Shown here piece after piece: positions 41,963 through 50,781 of a DNA stretch of 64,000 bases. The stretch's first letter is position 1. Every line of letters begins with the position of its first letter. The notes under the pieces are model-generated. The model saw only the letters and a list, made by a program, of their open reading frames with translations, had not been told where the DNA came from and ran no database searches. Origin of the DNA: an uncultured Pseudomonadota bacterium (GTDB taxonomy: Bacteria > Oederibacteriota > Muellerivitia > Muellerivitales > Muellerivitaceae); the NCBI GenBank assembly GCA_963843375.1, contig CAWJKT010000007.1, positions 1-64,000 of the forward strand, given 5' to 3'. Made by a program: the position numbers and the translations under genes.

Positions 41963-42394
41963 TTAGGAATAAGTATCTAAAAGCATTCCACGAATCTCAT
42001 CCAAGGCCGCTAATATCCGCATGGAATCCTGCTGGCCCGCCAAAAGAAGTTGTCCCAGGTTTTCGATGGCCTCGTCCACCTTCTGCATCGTCAAATAAAC
42101 GACAAACTTCCCGTCCTTCTTCTGACCGTGGTGTTCTTCCATCCTAAAGGAGGTATTTACGACCTTCTGCATGAACTTCTTGACCGAGGCCTTATATTCC
42201 TCGAATTCCTTGCGGCCCTTGCTGGAAAATAGTTTTTTTCCCTTTTCCTCGACCTCGACGATCATCATGCTCAGTTCCGCCTGCAAAGCGGAGTCAACCA
42301 CCCTCTTGATGCGCTCATTCAACGCGGGCGCGAACATGGGGGAAATCGGTTGGGGTTTTTCAAATTCGCCGTCACCCAGTTTTTCGATCTTCAT
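41963..42394 (-). CDS. YaaR/DUF327-family protein
   Basis: EEKGKKL...YKASVKKF...DEIRGMLLD pattern. Confidence 0.7.
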   Translation of the reverse strand: MKIEKLGDGEFEKPQPISPMFAPALNERIKRVVDSALQAELSMMIVEVEEKGKKLFSSKGRKEFEEYKASVKKFMQKVVNTSFRMEEHHGQKKDGKFVVYLTMQKVDEAIENLGQLLLAGQQDSMRILAALDEIRGMLLDTYS

Positions 42395-43000
42395 GAATTT
42401 TGCACCGTCCGATATCCCGCCGAAAGCTTCTCCACATATTTCGCTAACATGTCCGCCTCCACGTGCAAGTAATCGTCCGCCTTTTTGAATTTCAAATCGG
42501 TGTTTTGAAGGGTATGGGGAATAAGAGCCACTTCCACTTCGTCACCTTTCACCGCTCGCCACCGTCAAGCTGATCCCATTGAAGGCAATGCTTCCCTTCT
42601 CAATCACATAAGGCACAAGCGCGTCAGGAATCCGGATCTTTAAACGGGCGCCTTGACCCTCGGGGTTCCATTCGAGGATTTGACTCACCCCGTCCACGTG
42701 GCCTTGAACAAAATGCCCTCCCAAAGGTTCCATGAGGGTCAGGGGAGTTTCCAAATTGACGGCCTCGCCTTTTTTCAACAATCCAAGCACGGTGCGTTTG
42801 ATCGTCTCCGGAACCGCCTGGAAGGAAACAATGGGAGGCTTCACTTCCACCACCGTAAGGCAGCAGCCATTGACAGCAACGCTGTCCCCGACTTTTAATT
42901 TAGGAGACAAGCGGGGGGCTTCCAGCGAGAGCCACAGTTCATGACCCTGCTTTTCGGCCTTGAAAACCGTTCCTACTTCCTGAATGAGGCCCGTAAACAT
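42391..43000 (-). CDS. ribE: Riboflavin synthase (frameshift near 42550)
   Basis: MFTGLI, NGCCLTV, GGHFVQGHVDG; C-terminal DMLAKYVEK in another frame. Confidence 0.9.
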
Positions 43001-43001
43001 T

Positions 43002-44105
43002 TTACATTTTCCCCGTGAGTAAAAAATCCACACCAACTTTTTGGATTTCAATATCTTTTAAGTAAGGCGCGATGTTGGGATTTTCAATTCCTTTTCCACC
43101 CACCCAACTGGGGGCTTTTCCGCCAAAAATCTTAGGTGAAACAAAGAGAGCCACCTCATCAACCAGCTTTTCTTTCAGAAAGGACGCAAAAACCTCGCCG
43201 CCACCTTCCACTAAAAGGGAACGAACCTGAAGGGAGTGAAGGATTCTTAAAACAGCCTTTAACGATAGCATCTTTCCCACCGAAGGCACCCGAAAAACAT
43301 CCGCCCCGCGCTTCAGGAGAGCGCTTTCGTCAGCCTTGGAAGCCGATCGGGAGGTAAAAAGAATGGTTTTCGCTCGGCCTTGAAAAACCTGTGCACCTGG
43401 GCTCAATCGCAAGCGGGAATCCAAAATAACCTTTAAAGGCCATCCGTCATTACGGTGGTAACCTGGAAGCCGAACCGTCAGGGAAGGATTATCCTTCAAA
43501 GCCGTGCCGCTCCCAACCAGTATGGCATCGACTTGGGATCGCAATTCATGGGTTTTCCGGCGGGCCTTTTCCCCCGTGATCCACTTGGCCTTTCCGGAAA
43601 CGGTCGCGATTTTCCCATCCAAGCTTATGGCCGCTTTCAAAAGGATTCTGGGCCTTTGATGAATCACGCTAAAGAGGAAATCCCGATTGAGTTCTATGGC
43701 TTCTTTTTCCAACAGTCCCGTTCGCACCTGGAGGCCGGCGCCTTTCAATTTCCTGAATCCTCTGCCATTGACCAGGGGATAGGGATCCTTCATGGCCACC
43801 ACAACTTGGCGCACACCCGATTGGATAATCGCTCCTACGCAAGGCGGGGTTTTTCCGGAGTGGCTGCAGGGCTCGAGGGTAACGTATAAGGTCGCTCCCT
43901 TAGCCCTTGTACCAGCTTTCCCAAGCGCAACCCGCTCGGCATGGGGACCCCCATAAGGCTGCGTGGCCCCCTCCCCAACAATCCTATTCTTCTTGACTAG
44001 GACCGCTCCAACCCTTGGATTGGGGGAAGCGTACTTCGCTCGATTCTGCGCCAGGAACAGCGCGCGTCTCATGAATTTTAAATCCGCCTGAGCCACCTCA
44101 ACCAC
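43002..44105 (-). CDS. ribD: Riboflavin biosynthesis deaminase/reductase
   Basis: PNPRVG, HAE, LEPCSH...PPC, SLDGKIA, LVEGG. Confidence 0.95.
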   Translation of the reverse strand: MVEVAQADLKFMRRALFLAQNRAKYASPNPRVGAVLVKKNRIVGEGATQPYGGPHAERVALGKAGTRAKGATLYVTLEPCSHSGKTPPCVGAIIQSGVRQVVVAMKDPYPLVNGRGFRKLKGAGLQVRTGLLEKEAIELNRDFLFSVIHQRPRILLKAAISLDGKIATVSGKAKWITGEKARRKTHELRSQVDAILVGSGTALKDNPSLTVRLPGYHRNDGWPLKVILDSRLRLSPGAQVFQGRAKTILFTSRSASKADESALLKRGADVFRVPSVGKMLSLKAVLRILHSLQVRSLLVEGGGEVFASFLKEKLVDEVALFVSPKIFGGKAPSWVGGKGIENPNIAPYLKDIEIQKVGVDFLLTGKM

Positions 44106-44269
44106 CGTTTGAAAAATTTAGATATTGGGCCACAGTATGCAATAGGCCCCATTCCCAATCAAGGCGTGCCGCCCTTAAGGCCTTTCCGCTTTTCAAAACC
44201 AAGTTCAAAGGTTAAAATCACCACTCTTTTAAGGTCACCTGATCATTATCACCGCAAAAGGGGTTTTTA

Positions 44270-44893
44270 ATGCCGACTCTCGTTTTGGTTCGTCACGGCC
44301 AATCTCAATGGAATTTGGAGAACCGATTCACCGGATGGGTGGATGTTCCCCTGACGGAACAGGGTGAAAAAGAAGCCCACCGGGCGGGACAACTTTTGAA
44401 GGGCATGAAATTCGATATCGCCTTTACCTCCGATCTCCAAAGAGCTCAAAAAACCCTGAACATCATTCTCCAGGAAATCGGACAAACCAACCTAACCATT
44501 CTCAAAGACAAGGCCCTCAACGAACGCCATTATGGCGCCCTTCAGGGCCTGAACAAGGCTGAAACCGCAAAAAAATACGGGGATGAACAGGTCAAGATTT
44601 GGCGCCGCAGTTACGACGTGCCGCCGCCCAAGGACGATACCGGTTATTCCGAATCCCTGAAGGATACAGCCGCTCGGACCCTCCCCTATTTCGACCATCA
44701 AATCGTTCCCTGCCTGAAAGATGGAAAAAACGTCCTGGTTGCCGCCCACGGCAACTCCCTTCGTTCCATTGTCATGCACCTGGAAAACCTCACCAAAGAA
44801 CAAGTGCTGGAATTAAACCTCGATACCGGCATTCCTCGGGTCTATGAGTTGGACAAAGGCTTGAAGATTCTTTCCTCAAAAGACCTGAAATAA
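44270..44893 (+). CDS. gpmA: 2,3-BPG-dependent phosphoglycerate mutase
   Basis: [24 protein letters not shown]. Confidence 0.95.
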   Translation: MPTLVLVRHGQSQWNLENRFTGWVDVPLTEQGEKEAHRAGQLLKGMKFDIAFTSDLQRAQKTLNIILQEIGQTNLTILKDKALNERHYGALQGLNKAETAKKYGDEQVKIWRRSYDVPPPKDDTGYSESLKDTAARTLPYFDHQIVPCLKDGKNVLVAAHGNSLRSIVMHLENLTKEQVLELNLDTGIPRVYELDKGLKILSSKDLK

Positions 44894-44904
44894 AACCAAC
44901 CTCA

Positions 44905-45801
44905 ATGACTAAAATCGGAAATTCCTCCCAATCCATGCAATTTCGCATTTTAATGCTCCTTCTTTCCTTGGGCTGTTTTTGGGGTTGTGTCCCGCCCCGG
45001 GCGGTCTTGAAACCTTCCCCCACCCCCGTGCCGACCCAGCCCCCACCCTCTCTCCAACCTCCCGTTTTATCCGACAATCAGCTTTTGGGACTTCAAAGAC
45101 CTCCCGATCTTATCCGTGACACCGATTCGGACCAATACGCCCAGCGGGCCGTCATGGAAAGTTTTTGGAAGCTAAAGCAAAAGGCGGCCCAGGAGGGTTG
45201 GCACTTGATCCTGGTTTCAGGATACCGTTCTTTTAATCACCAGCGCCATATTTGGAACCACTTTGATTCCCTCTATAAAAAAACGGATAACTTGGCCGAT
45301 AAAGACCGCGTCCGGGCGGTCATGAGCCTGGTTTCGGTGCCCGGCCTTTCCCGGCACCATTGGGGAACGGAGTTAGATATATCGGAAGCTAGTTTGCGCG
45401 GGCAATTGGTGAACGTGCACCCCGATACTCCAAACAAGGTCGTCCAGTTTTACGATTGGATGGAGCAAAACGCTCCGATCTTCGGCTTTTGCAAGGTTTA
45501 CTTGGGAAAAAGGGGGGCCGTTCGAGACGAACCCTGGCACTGGAGCTATATCCCCTTTTCCAGGGTTTACCAGAAGCAATTCATGGCGATCAAGGATTTC
45601 CACGCCATCATGAGCGACAAGGTGGCCAATGTAGGTTACTTGATGAAGAATTTTCGAAAAATATTGAAACAAGAGATCCGATCCATCAATTCCGATTGTT
45701 TCACGGGAGAACCGACCGAAAATAATCCGAACTCAGGCATAGAAAAACCGGGTCAAGAACCAATCCCTCCCGCCCCGAAGGGAGCGGAAGGCGCGGATTA
45801 A
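44905..45801 (+). CDS. M15-family D-Ala-D-Ala carboxypeptidase lipoprotein (VanY-like)
   Basis: SGYRS, PGLSRHHWGTELD, EPWHW. Confidence 0.85.
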   Translation: MTKIGNSSQSMQFRILMLLLSLGCFWGCVPPRAVLKPSPTPVPTQPPPSLQPPVLSDNQLLGLQRPPDLIRDTDSDQYAQRAVMESFWKLKQKAAQEGWHLILVSGYRSFNHQRHIWNHFDSLYKKTDNLADKDRVRAVMSLVSVPGLSRHHWGTELDISEASLRGQLVNVHPDTPNKVVQFYDWMEQNAPIFGFCKVYLGKRGAVRDEPWHWSYIPFSRVYQKQFMAIKDFHAIMSDKVANVGYLMKNFRKILKQEIRSINSDCFTGEPTENNPNSGIEKPGQEPIPPAPKGAEGAD

Positions 45802-45873
45802 GCCTATTTCCCCGACCCAGCTATCCAAGACAATATTGGTTCCTTCCCCAACCTCATGATTGAATTCCAACCA

Positions 45874-46749
45874 TTATTTCGTTAATCCAATCACCTTCAA
45901 GGGATATTTAGAAACTTGAACTTTTAAGCGATCCCCCAATCGGAATGGATAAACCAGATTGGCGCCGTCGACAAAAAGCCGACCCTCTTTCATCCGGGAG
46001 ACCACTTCCAGACTTCTTCCAGGATCCAATATCCCCTTTAATAAACGACGTGTTCCGAATTTCTTTTGATAGGCCTCACGAACCACGTACTGGAATTTCC
46101 GGGATGTAGGGGGCAGGGCTTTCCCGCCCGCCGAGAAAATGGCCGCGGTGGATCCCGCCGCCGTGCTGATCCAGATGCCGCTGGACATCTGCTCTTCCGC
46201 CGCAGTTCCAACTTTAAGAACGTATCGGGAAGTTCCAGCCGGACTCAGGGTCGTTACCAGCAGGTCGTTTAAAATCAGCCACGGGTTCTTGCGCCCATTC
46301 ACCCAAAATTCAAGGCGGGACACCGGGGTCGGCTTTAGACTTCCCTCGAGATAAGCCTTCAGAACAGCCGGAAATGTTTTCAAGTTACAGCCGCTGAAGC
46401 GAGCCACACTTCTCAAGGGATCGGAATTGACACCCAAGATCGGGACTCGAAGGACGCAATGGGAAGAATCCAGTAGCGTGCCATCTCCCCCCACGGAAAC
46501 CAGAAGTTTAAATTTTTTATCCACTCCTTTTTCCTGCTGGACTTGATGTCGTAGGACCAAGGTTACTTCCAGTCCTTCTCTTCTCAAGGTTTCCCGGACA
46601 CCCTGCAGGGTAAGGTTGTGGCGTTGGTGGCTCCCCAAAACCACATCCCAGTAACCGCTCTTTTTCAGGCTTTTGGCCAACTGTTTTTTGGAAAGGTATT
46701 GGCTATAGGCGCTTTCCTTATAAACAACCAAAACTCTTGGTTTGGCCAT
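45874..46749 (-). CDS. NAD(+) kinase
   Basis: GGDGTLL, LND, STAAGSTA..SAGG. Confidence 0.85.
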   Translation of the reverse strand: MAKPRVLVVYKESAYSQYLSKKQLAKSLKKSGYWDVVLGSHQRHNLTLQGVRETLRREGLEVTLVLRHQVQQEKGVDKKFKLLVSVGGDGTLLDSSHCVLRVPILGVNSDPLRSVARFSGCNLKTFPAVLKAYLEGSLKPTPVSRLEFWVNGRKNPWLILNDLLVTTLSPAGTSRYVLKVGTAAEEQMSSGIWISTAAGSTAAIFSAGGKALPPTSRKFQYVVREAYQKKFGTRRLLKGILDPGRSLEVVSRMKEGRLFVDGANLVYPFRLGDRLKVQVSKYPLKVIGLTK

Positions 46750-46757
46750 GATATTCC

Positions 46758-47357
46758 TTAATTCGCGAGGAATTGTTTGAGGGATACAAAACCTACTCTG
46801 ATCATCATGACCGCGTAAGCAGCCAAAAGTAGCGCGGCCAATTTGGAAATAACTCGGGTACCAGTTAGACCCATCCACTTCATCAACAGGTTTGACTGGC
46901 GGAAAATGACCCAGGACAAAAGCAGGTTCAAGACCAAGCATAATCCGATCTCAAGGATGGAAAACCGGTCTCGAAGAAGAATTAAAGTGGCGAAGACCGC
47001 CGGACCCACCAAAAGTGGGATGGCAAAAGGAACAATGCCCGTCGCCTCCGATGCCTCACTCATGGCCATCATTTTCTGGTCCCACACCACGTCCCTCAAA
47101 GCCACAACCAAGACCAAGAGACCCCCCGCCACCTGGAAGTCCCCGGTTTTTAGGCCAAGCACGCCCAATACCAGAGGGCCAAGTGGAATAAAGAGAAGGC
47201 CGACAACCCCCGCGGTCAAAATGGAGAGGTTCAACATCTTCTGCCTTCTTCCCAGGGACAGTTCGGAAGTCATTTGGATAAAAACCGGAAGGATACCCAA
47301 GGGATCCATGGCGACAAAGAGGGGAAGAAAAAGGCTAAGGAAGTCGGAGATGGACAT
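46758..47357 (-). CDS. MarC-family membrane protein
   Basis: LFVAMDPLG, FQVAGG, VPFAIPLLVGP. Confidence 0.88.
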   Translation of the reverse strand: MSISDFLSLFLPLFVAMDPLGILPVFIQMTSELSLGRRQKMLNLSILTAGVVGLLFIPLGPLVLGVLGLKTGDFQVAGGLLVLVVALRDVVWDQKMMAMSEASEATGIVPFAIPLLVGPAVFATLILLRDRFSILEIGLCLVLNLLLSWVIFRQSNLLMKWMGLTGTRVISKLAALLLAAYAVMMIRVGFVSLKQFLAN

Positions 47358-47550
47358 GGCGCCTCGAATGAAATGATCTCGTGGAATCCATTATAAGCCG
47401 AAGGGGATTCGGATGGGGCCTGATTAAATTAACGGTTTCATTGGTCGTCCAGCTTGTAGGCGATCGTCGTTTCAAGACTGCCAATCTAATTAACTGGGGC
47501 TCAACCTAAGGCTAGACTCATGCCAAGAAACGGGAACTAAAGGTTTCCCC

Positions 47551-48645
47551 TTAAGTTCCCACGGGATTGGTTGTCACGGCTGCGGTATTTTGGTTGCAAT
47601 TGGCTGCGCCATAAGTGGTTTGGTCAAACTTCATGTAGTTCAATCCTTCGTTTTGATATACAAAAATAAAACTCAACAAGGAACTGACGGGCGGCACATA
47701 GGGTGTGCAATCATAATTCGGAGCGGAAAATTGGACCCATGCGAGGGCGTTGGTAGAAAGAATTTTCACCACGAAAATATCTCCTCCGGCAATTGTCGAC
47801 GCGGCGGTGCCCAGAACGGCAGCTTTCGCCTGCAGGGTAGTGGGGTAATAAACCGCGCCAGTAGGGATTACAGGAAAATTCACCAAGTCACCGTTCCCCA
47901 GGTAAGTGAAGATGGATGGGGGAGTTACAGGAGGACCTGCGGTAACAACCGTGGGTGTTGATAAATAAGTCGACCCGGTGGTCGCGTCATACAAAGCTTC
48001 CACATCCGCCGAACCCGTATCCGCGAAAGTATAGGAATTGAATGAAAAAAGGTCGTAATAGTAACCCTCATCTAAGATAGATTCGCAATTTGTCGTGTCC
48101 GTAAGATATTGTGTATATTCGTTCACGCTGTAACAGGTATATTCGTCATAACCAATATCCTCCATGTTCAAGGTAAAGGATGTCGTTCCTTGGACATTGA
48201 CCATATCGGCGCCGACGAACTCCGGAATTGCGTTCAAACCTGGTAAAACCAGCTTGGAAGTGGCTTTTTTCAGAGTATCCTCGGGGTTATAAACATAAAA
48301 CCATTCCCCCGAAACCACCCAATTCCCAGCCTTGGGAAGATTAATAAAGAAATTCCCTACATTAGAGCCACTGTTGAAAAGAATGACGCCAGTAACCGGG
48401 GCTTCTCCGTCCGCAACCAAGTAATATTCAAAAGCGCCCTCGCTGGAATCGGGAACCGCGTCCTTCGAGATGGCTTTTAGCACTTTGGCCGTGGGTGCGG
48501 AATTCAGTATTTTCGAGGGGATCACCAGGTTCAGCACCGCCGAGTTCACGGGAACCACCGGGTTCGCGGGCTTACGGCATCCGGTCGTCCATCCCGTCAG
48601 GATTAAAGACCCGGCTAGCAGAAAGAATAAGTTTTTTTTCACCAT
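47551..48645 (-). CDS. Hypothetical lipoprotein
   Basis: Signal with TTGC lipobox; beta-rich acidic sequence. Confidence 0.65.
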   Translation of the reverse strand: MVKKNLFFLLAGSLILTGWTTGCRKPANPVVPVNSAVLNLVIPSKILNSAPTAKVLKAISKDAVPDSSEGAFEYYLVADGEAPVTGVILFNSGSNVGNFFINLPKAGNWVVSGEWFYVYNPEDTLKKATSKLVLPGLNAIPEFVGADMVNVQGTTSFTLNMEDIGYDEYTCYSVNEYTQYLTDTTNCESILDEGYYYDLFSFNSYTFADTGSADVEALYDATTGSTYLSTPTVVTAGPPVTPPSIFTYLGNGDLVNFPVIPTGAVYYPTTLQAKAAVLGTAASTIAGGDIFVVKILSTNALAWVQFSAPNYDCTPYVPPVSSLLSFIFVYQNEGLNYMKFDQTTYGAANCNQNTAAVTTNPVGT

Positions 48646-49817
48646 TTGACCCCCACATTCGTTCCTAAAGTAAACCGTTGATACGTGATGGTTTGGTTGT
48701 TTTCTCCGGCGTTGAGATTGGCAATGTTGTGATACAGCCCCGCGAGATTCCAGAATGTTCCCGGGGAAAGTTGAAAGGTGATACTTTGCTCGGCTCCCAA
48801 AAGATCTCCTCCTCCTTCATATTCATCCGTCTCCCCCAGAATCAGAGTTTGGGGAAAGCCATTAGGTTGTATCCAATCCCAGATCAGGCCCGTTTCCATG
48901 ACAACTCCCGGCCCCACCGAATAGCCCAAAACGGGGTGGATTTCCAAACGATCGCCAAAGTAGGGCCCCGGGTCCGCCTGAAGGGTAAAGGGGGAAGTAG
49001 GTAGAGCCGTTGAACCCGCACCATAAAAGCTGTAAGAAACATTTACGACCAGTTTATCCTTCCCCATTTGGCTGATCCATTGCGAGGTCAGGATGGTTCC
49101 TTCTCCCTCCGTAAAATCTTCGGCGGGGTTTGAATAGGTGGATTCCAACGGGAAAGTTTCCACTACCCGGAAACCCCATGTGTCCGCACTTGACATCCGG
49201 AATCCCAGTGTGGCGAGAGCCACCACGTTATCGCCGGGGCTAAAGGTTCCCTCCGTGGAAAGAGTCGTGTCATAAACGCTCGTGGACATAAAGCCACCTC
49301 CAATACCATAGGAAAGGTCGGCGGTGGTTCGGGAAAGCGTATAAAACAGGTTCCCACCCCAGCCCCCGCCATGGTAATAGCTGGGTTCGAATATATAGGG
49401 GATAGCTCCGACTTGTTCTTCAATCTCCCAGCTTTGGTTACCTGTTGGAAAATTGAGTGTCCCGAAGAGATTGGACCGCCACGAATTCCCCATATCCAAG
49501 GCCCAGTTTATCCCCAAGTCGGTGTCGGAAAATTGGCTCGATTTGTATTCTGAACCCGTAATGCCATTGGTAGCGTCGGAGTCTTCCACGTAATCCCCGG
49601 AGACAAAAGCGGTGGTTAAGGAAAGTGTGAAATTAGGCGAGGAAAAATAATAACCCAAGGGTATCCGCTGTTCTGTTCCGTGATAAAGCGAATTACTGGT
49701 CCAGGAATCAAAGACATAGCCGAGTTGGAGTTCCTCTTGATCGGCCCAGGCCGAACCTACGAATAAGAACAACCCCATCCCCAAAATCACACCGATCCCG
49801 GTTTTGTGAAAATTCAT
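48639..49817 (-). CDS. Putative outer-membrane beta-barrel protein
   Basis: Signal AWA, alternating aromatic/Gly strands, C-terminal GTNVGVKW. Confidence 0.65.
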   Translation of the reverse strand: MNFHKTGIGVILGMGLFLFVGSAWADQEELQLGYVFDSWTSNSLYHGTEQRIPLGYYFSSPNFTLSLTTAFVSGDYVEDSDATNGITGSEYKSSQFSDTDLGINWALDMGNSWRSNLFGTLNFPTGNQSWEIEEQVGAIPYIFEPSYYHGGGWGGNLFYTLSRTTADLSYGIGGGFMSTSVYDTTLSTEGTFSPGDNVVALATLGFRMSSADTWGFRVVETFPLESTYSNPAEDFTEGEGTILTSQWISQMGKDKLVVNVSYSFYGAGSTALPTSPFTLQADPGPYFGDRLEIHPVLGYSVGPGVVMETGLIWDWIQPNGFPQTLILGETDEYEGGGDLLGAEQSITFQLSPGTFWNLAGLYHNIANLNAGENNQTITYQRFTLGTNVGVKW

Positions 49818-49874
49818 GAAATCTCGTTCCTTAAAAAACATAATGAGAGGCCACGACGCTCTTCTAAAATCCAG

Positions 49875-50657
49875 CTAGGGAGCAAATTGGGGAAATCCCA
49901 ATTGCAAATTCAACAGGTTATGGGCTCCCAAACCTGCGACTCCGTCGCCCTTAATTTGGCCCGTGACCCCGTTAATCCCGCCGGGAAGATCGGTGAGGGG
50001 GTTGTTGAAATCATCCGAGCCTGTTCCGTTAAAACCGTAAAAAGGGTTGGAGGTGATAAAGCCCACGCCCGGGTTTCCGGTAACCGGCGGCGGATAAGGA
50101 TTGTTCCAAATTCCATTGAGGTAGGAGCCCCCCTGTCCGCCATGAAATTCCTGAGTCTTCCCATTCGAGGTGGACCACACCGTTCCTTCTTTAACCACCA
50201 CATCCACCTTTCCCGTGGCGGGATCATAAAACACTGAGTACTCGGTTCCCCGGACGCCGCAAACTACCCCGCCCGCCTCAATCTCAAAGGAGGACTTGGA
50301 AGAAGCCAACTTTTTGACCGAGGCGAAAAGACGCCCCACGAACAACTTGAATTCCATCACCTTATCCTCAGCCGAAAGCTTTTGAAGTTTTAGGAGTTGA
50401 AAATCCGTATTGGGACTGATGTTAAGTTCGGAACCATCGAACAACTGAAGGGTGGCTTTGGAATCGGCCTTCGTGACAATATGTTCCCCTTCCACAACGG
50501 TTGACTTTAACTTCGCCAGGACTTTTTTGCCTTTTTTATTCTGAATCTGGACTTTACCGCTTAGGGACGTAATAACACCGTGGGTGGGCGCGGTATCCGC
50601 CAAGGCCAGTCTGAAAGCCAGGGCGAATATCAGGCTCAAAAAAGAAATTCTTTTCAT
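49875..50657 (-). CDS. FecR-domain protein
   Basis: G..IVT..DS.A.L...DGS, GVRGTEY, VKEGTV. Confidence 0.82.
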   Translation of the reverse strand: MKRISFLSLIFALAFRLALADTAPTHGVITSLSGKVQIQNKKGKKVLAKLKSTVVEGEHIVTKADSKATLQLFDGSELNISPNTDFQLLKLQKLSAEDKVMEFKLFVGRLFASVKKLASSKSSFEIEAGGVVCGVRGTEYSVFYDPATGKVDVVVKEGTVWSTSNGKTQEFHGGQGGSYLNGIWNNPYPPPVTGNPGVGFITSNPFYGFNGTGSDDFNNPLTDLPGGINGVTGQIKGDGVAGLGAHNLLNLQLGFPQFAP

Positions 50658-50781
50658 AACAACTACCCCGTGATTATAAATTTCGGCCCCAAATCTGACC
50701 CTGTGCGGTGCATTTTATATGAAACAGGGCAAAATAACATTGAAACATGGGGAAAAAGAAGGGTCAGAAATAAGCGAAAAC

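Noticed and set aside
44106..44269. FMN riboswitch upstream of ribD
   Set aside because: A short divergent promoter region with no RFN consensus visible.
46750..46941. N-terminal extension of the NAD kinase ORF
   Set aside because: It overlaps marC in another frame; the likely start is ATG 46749.
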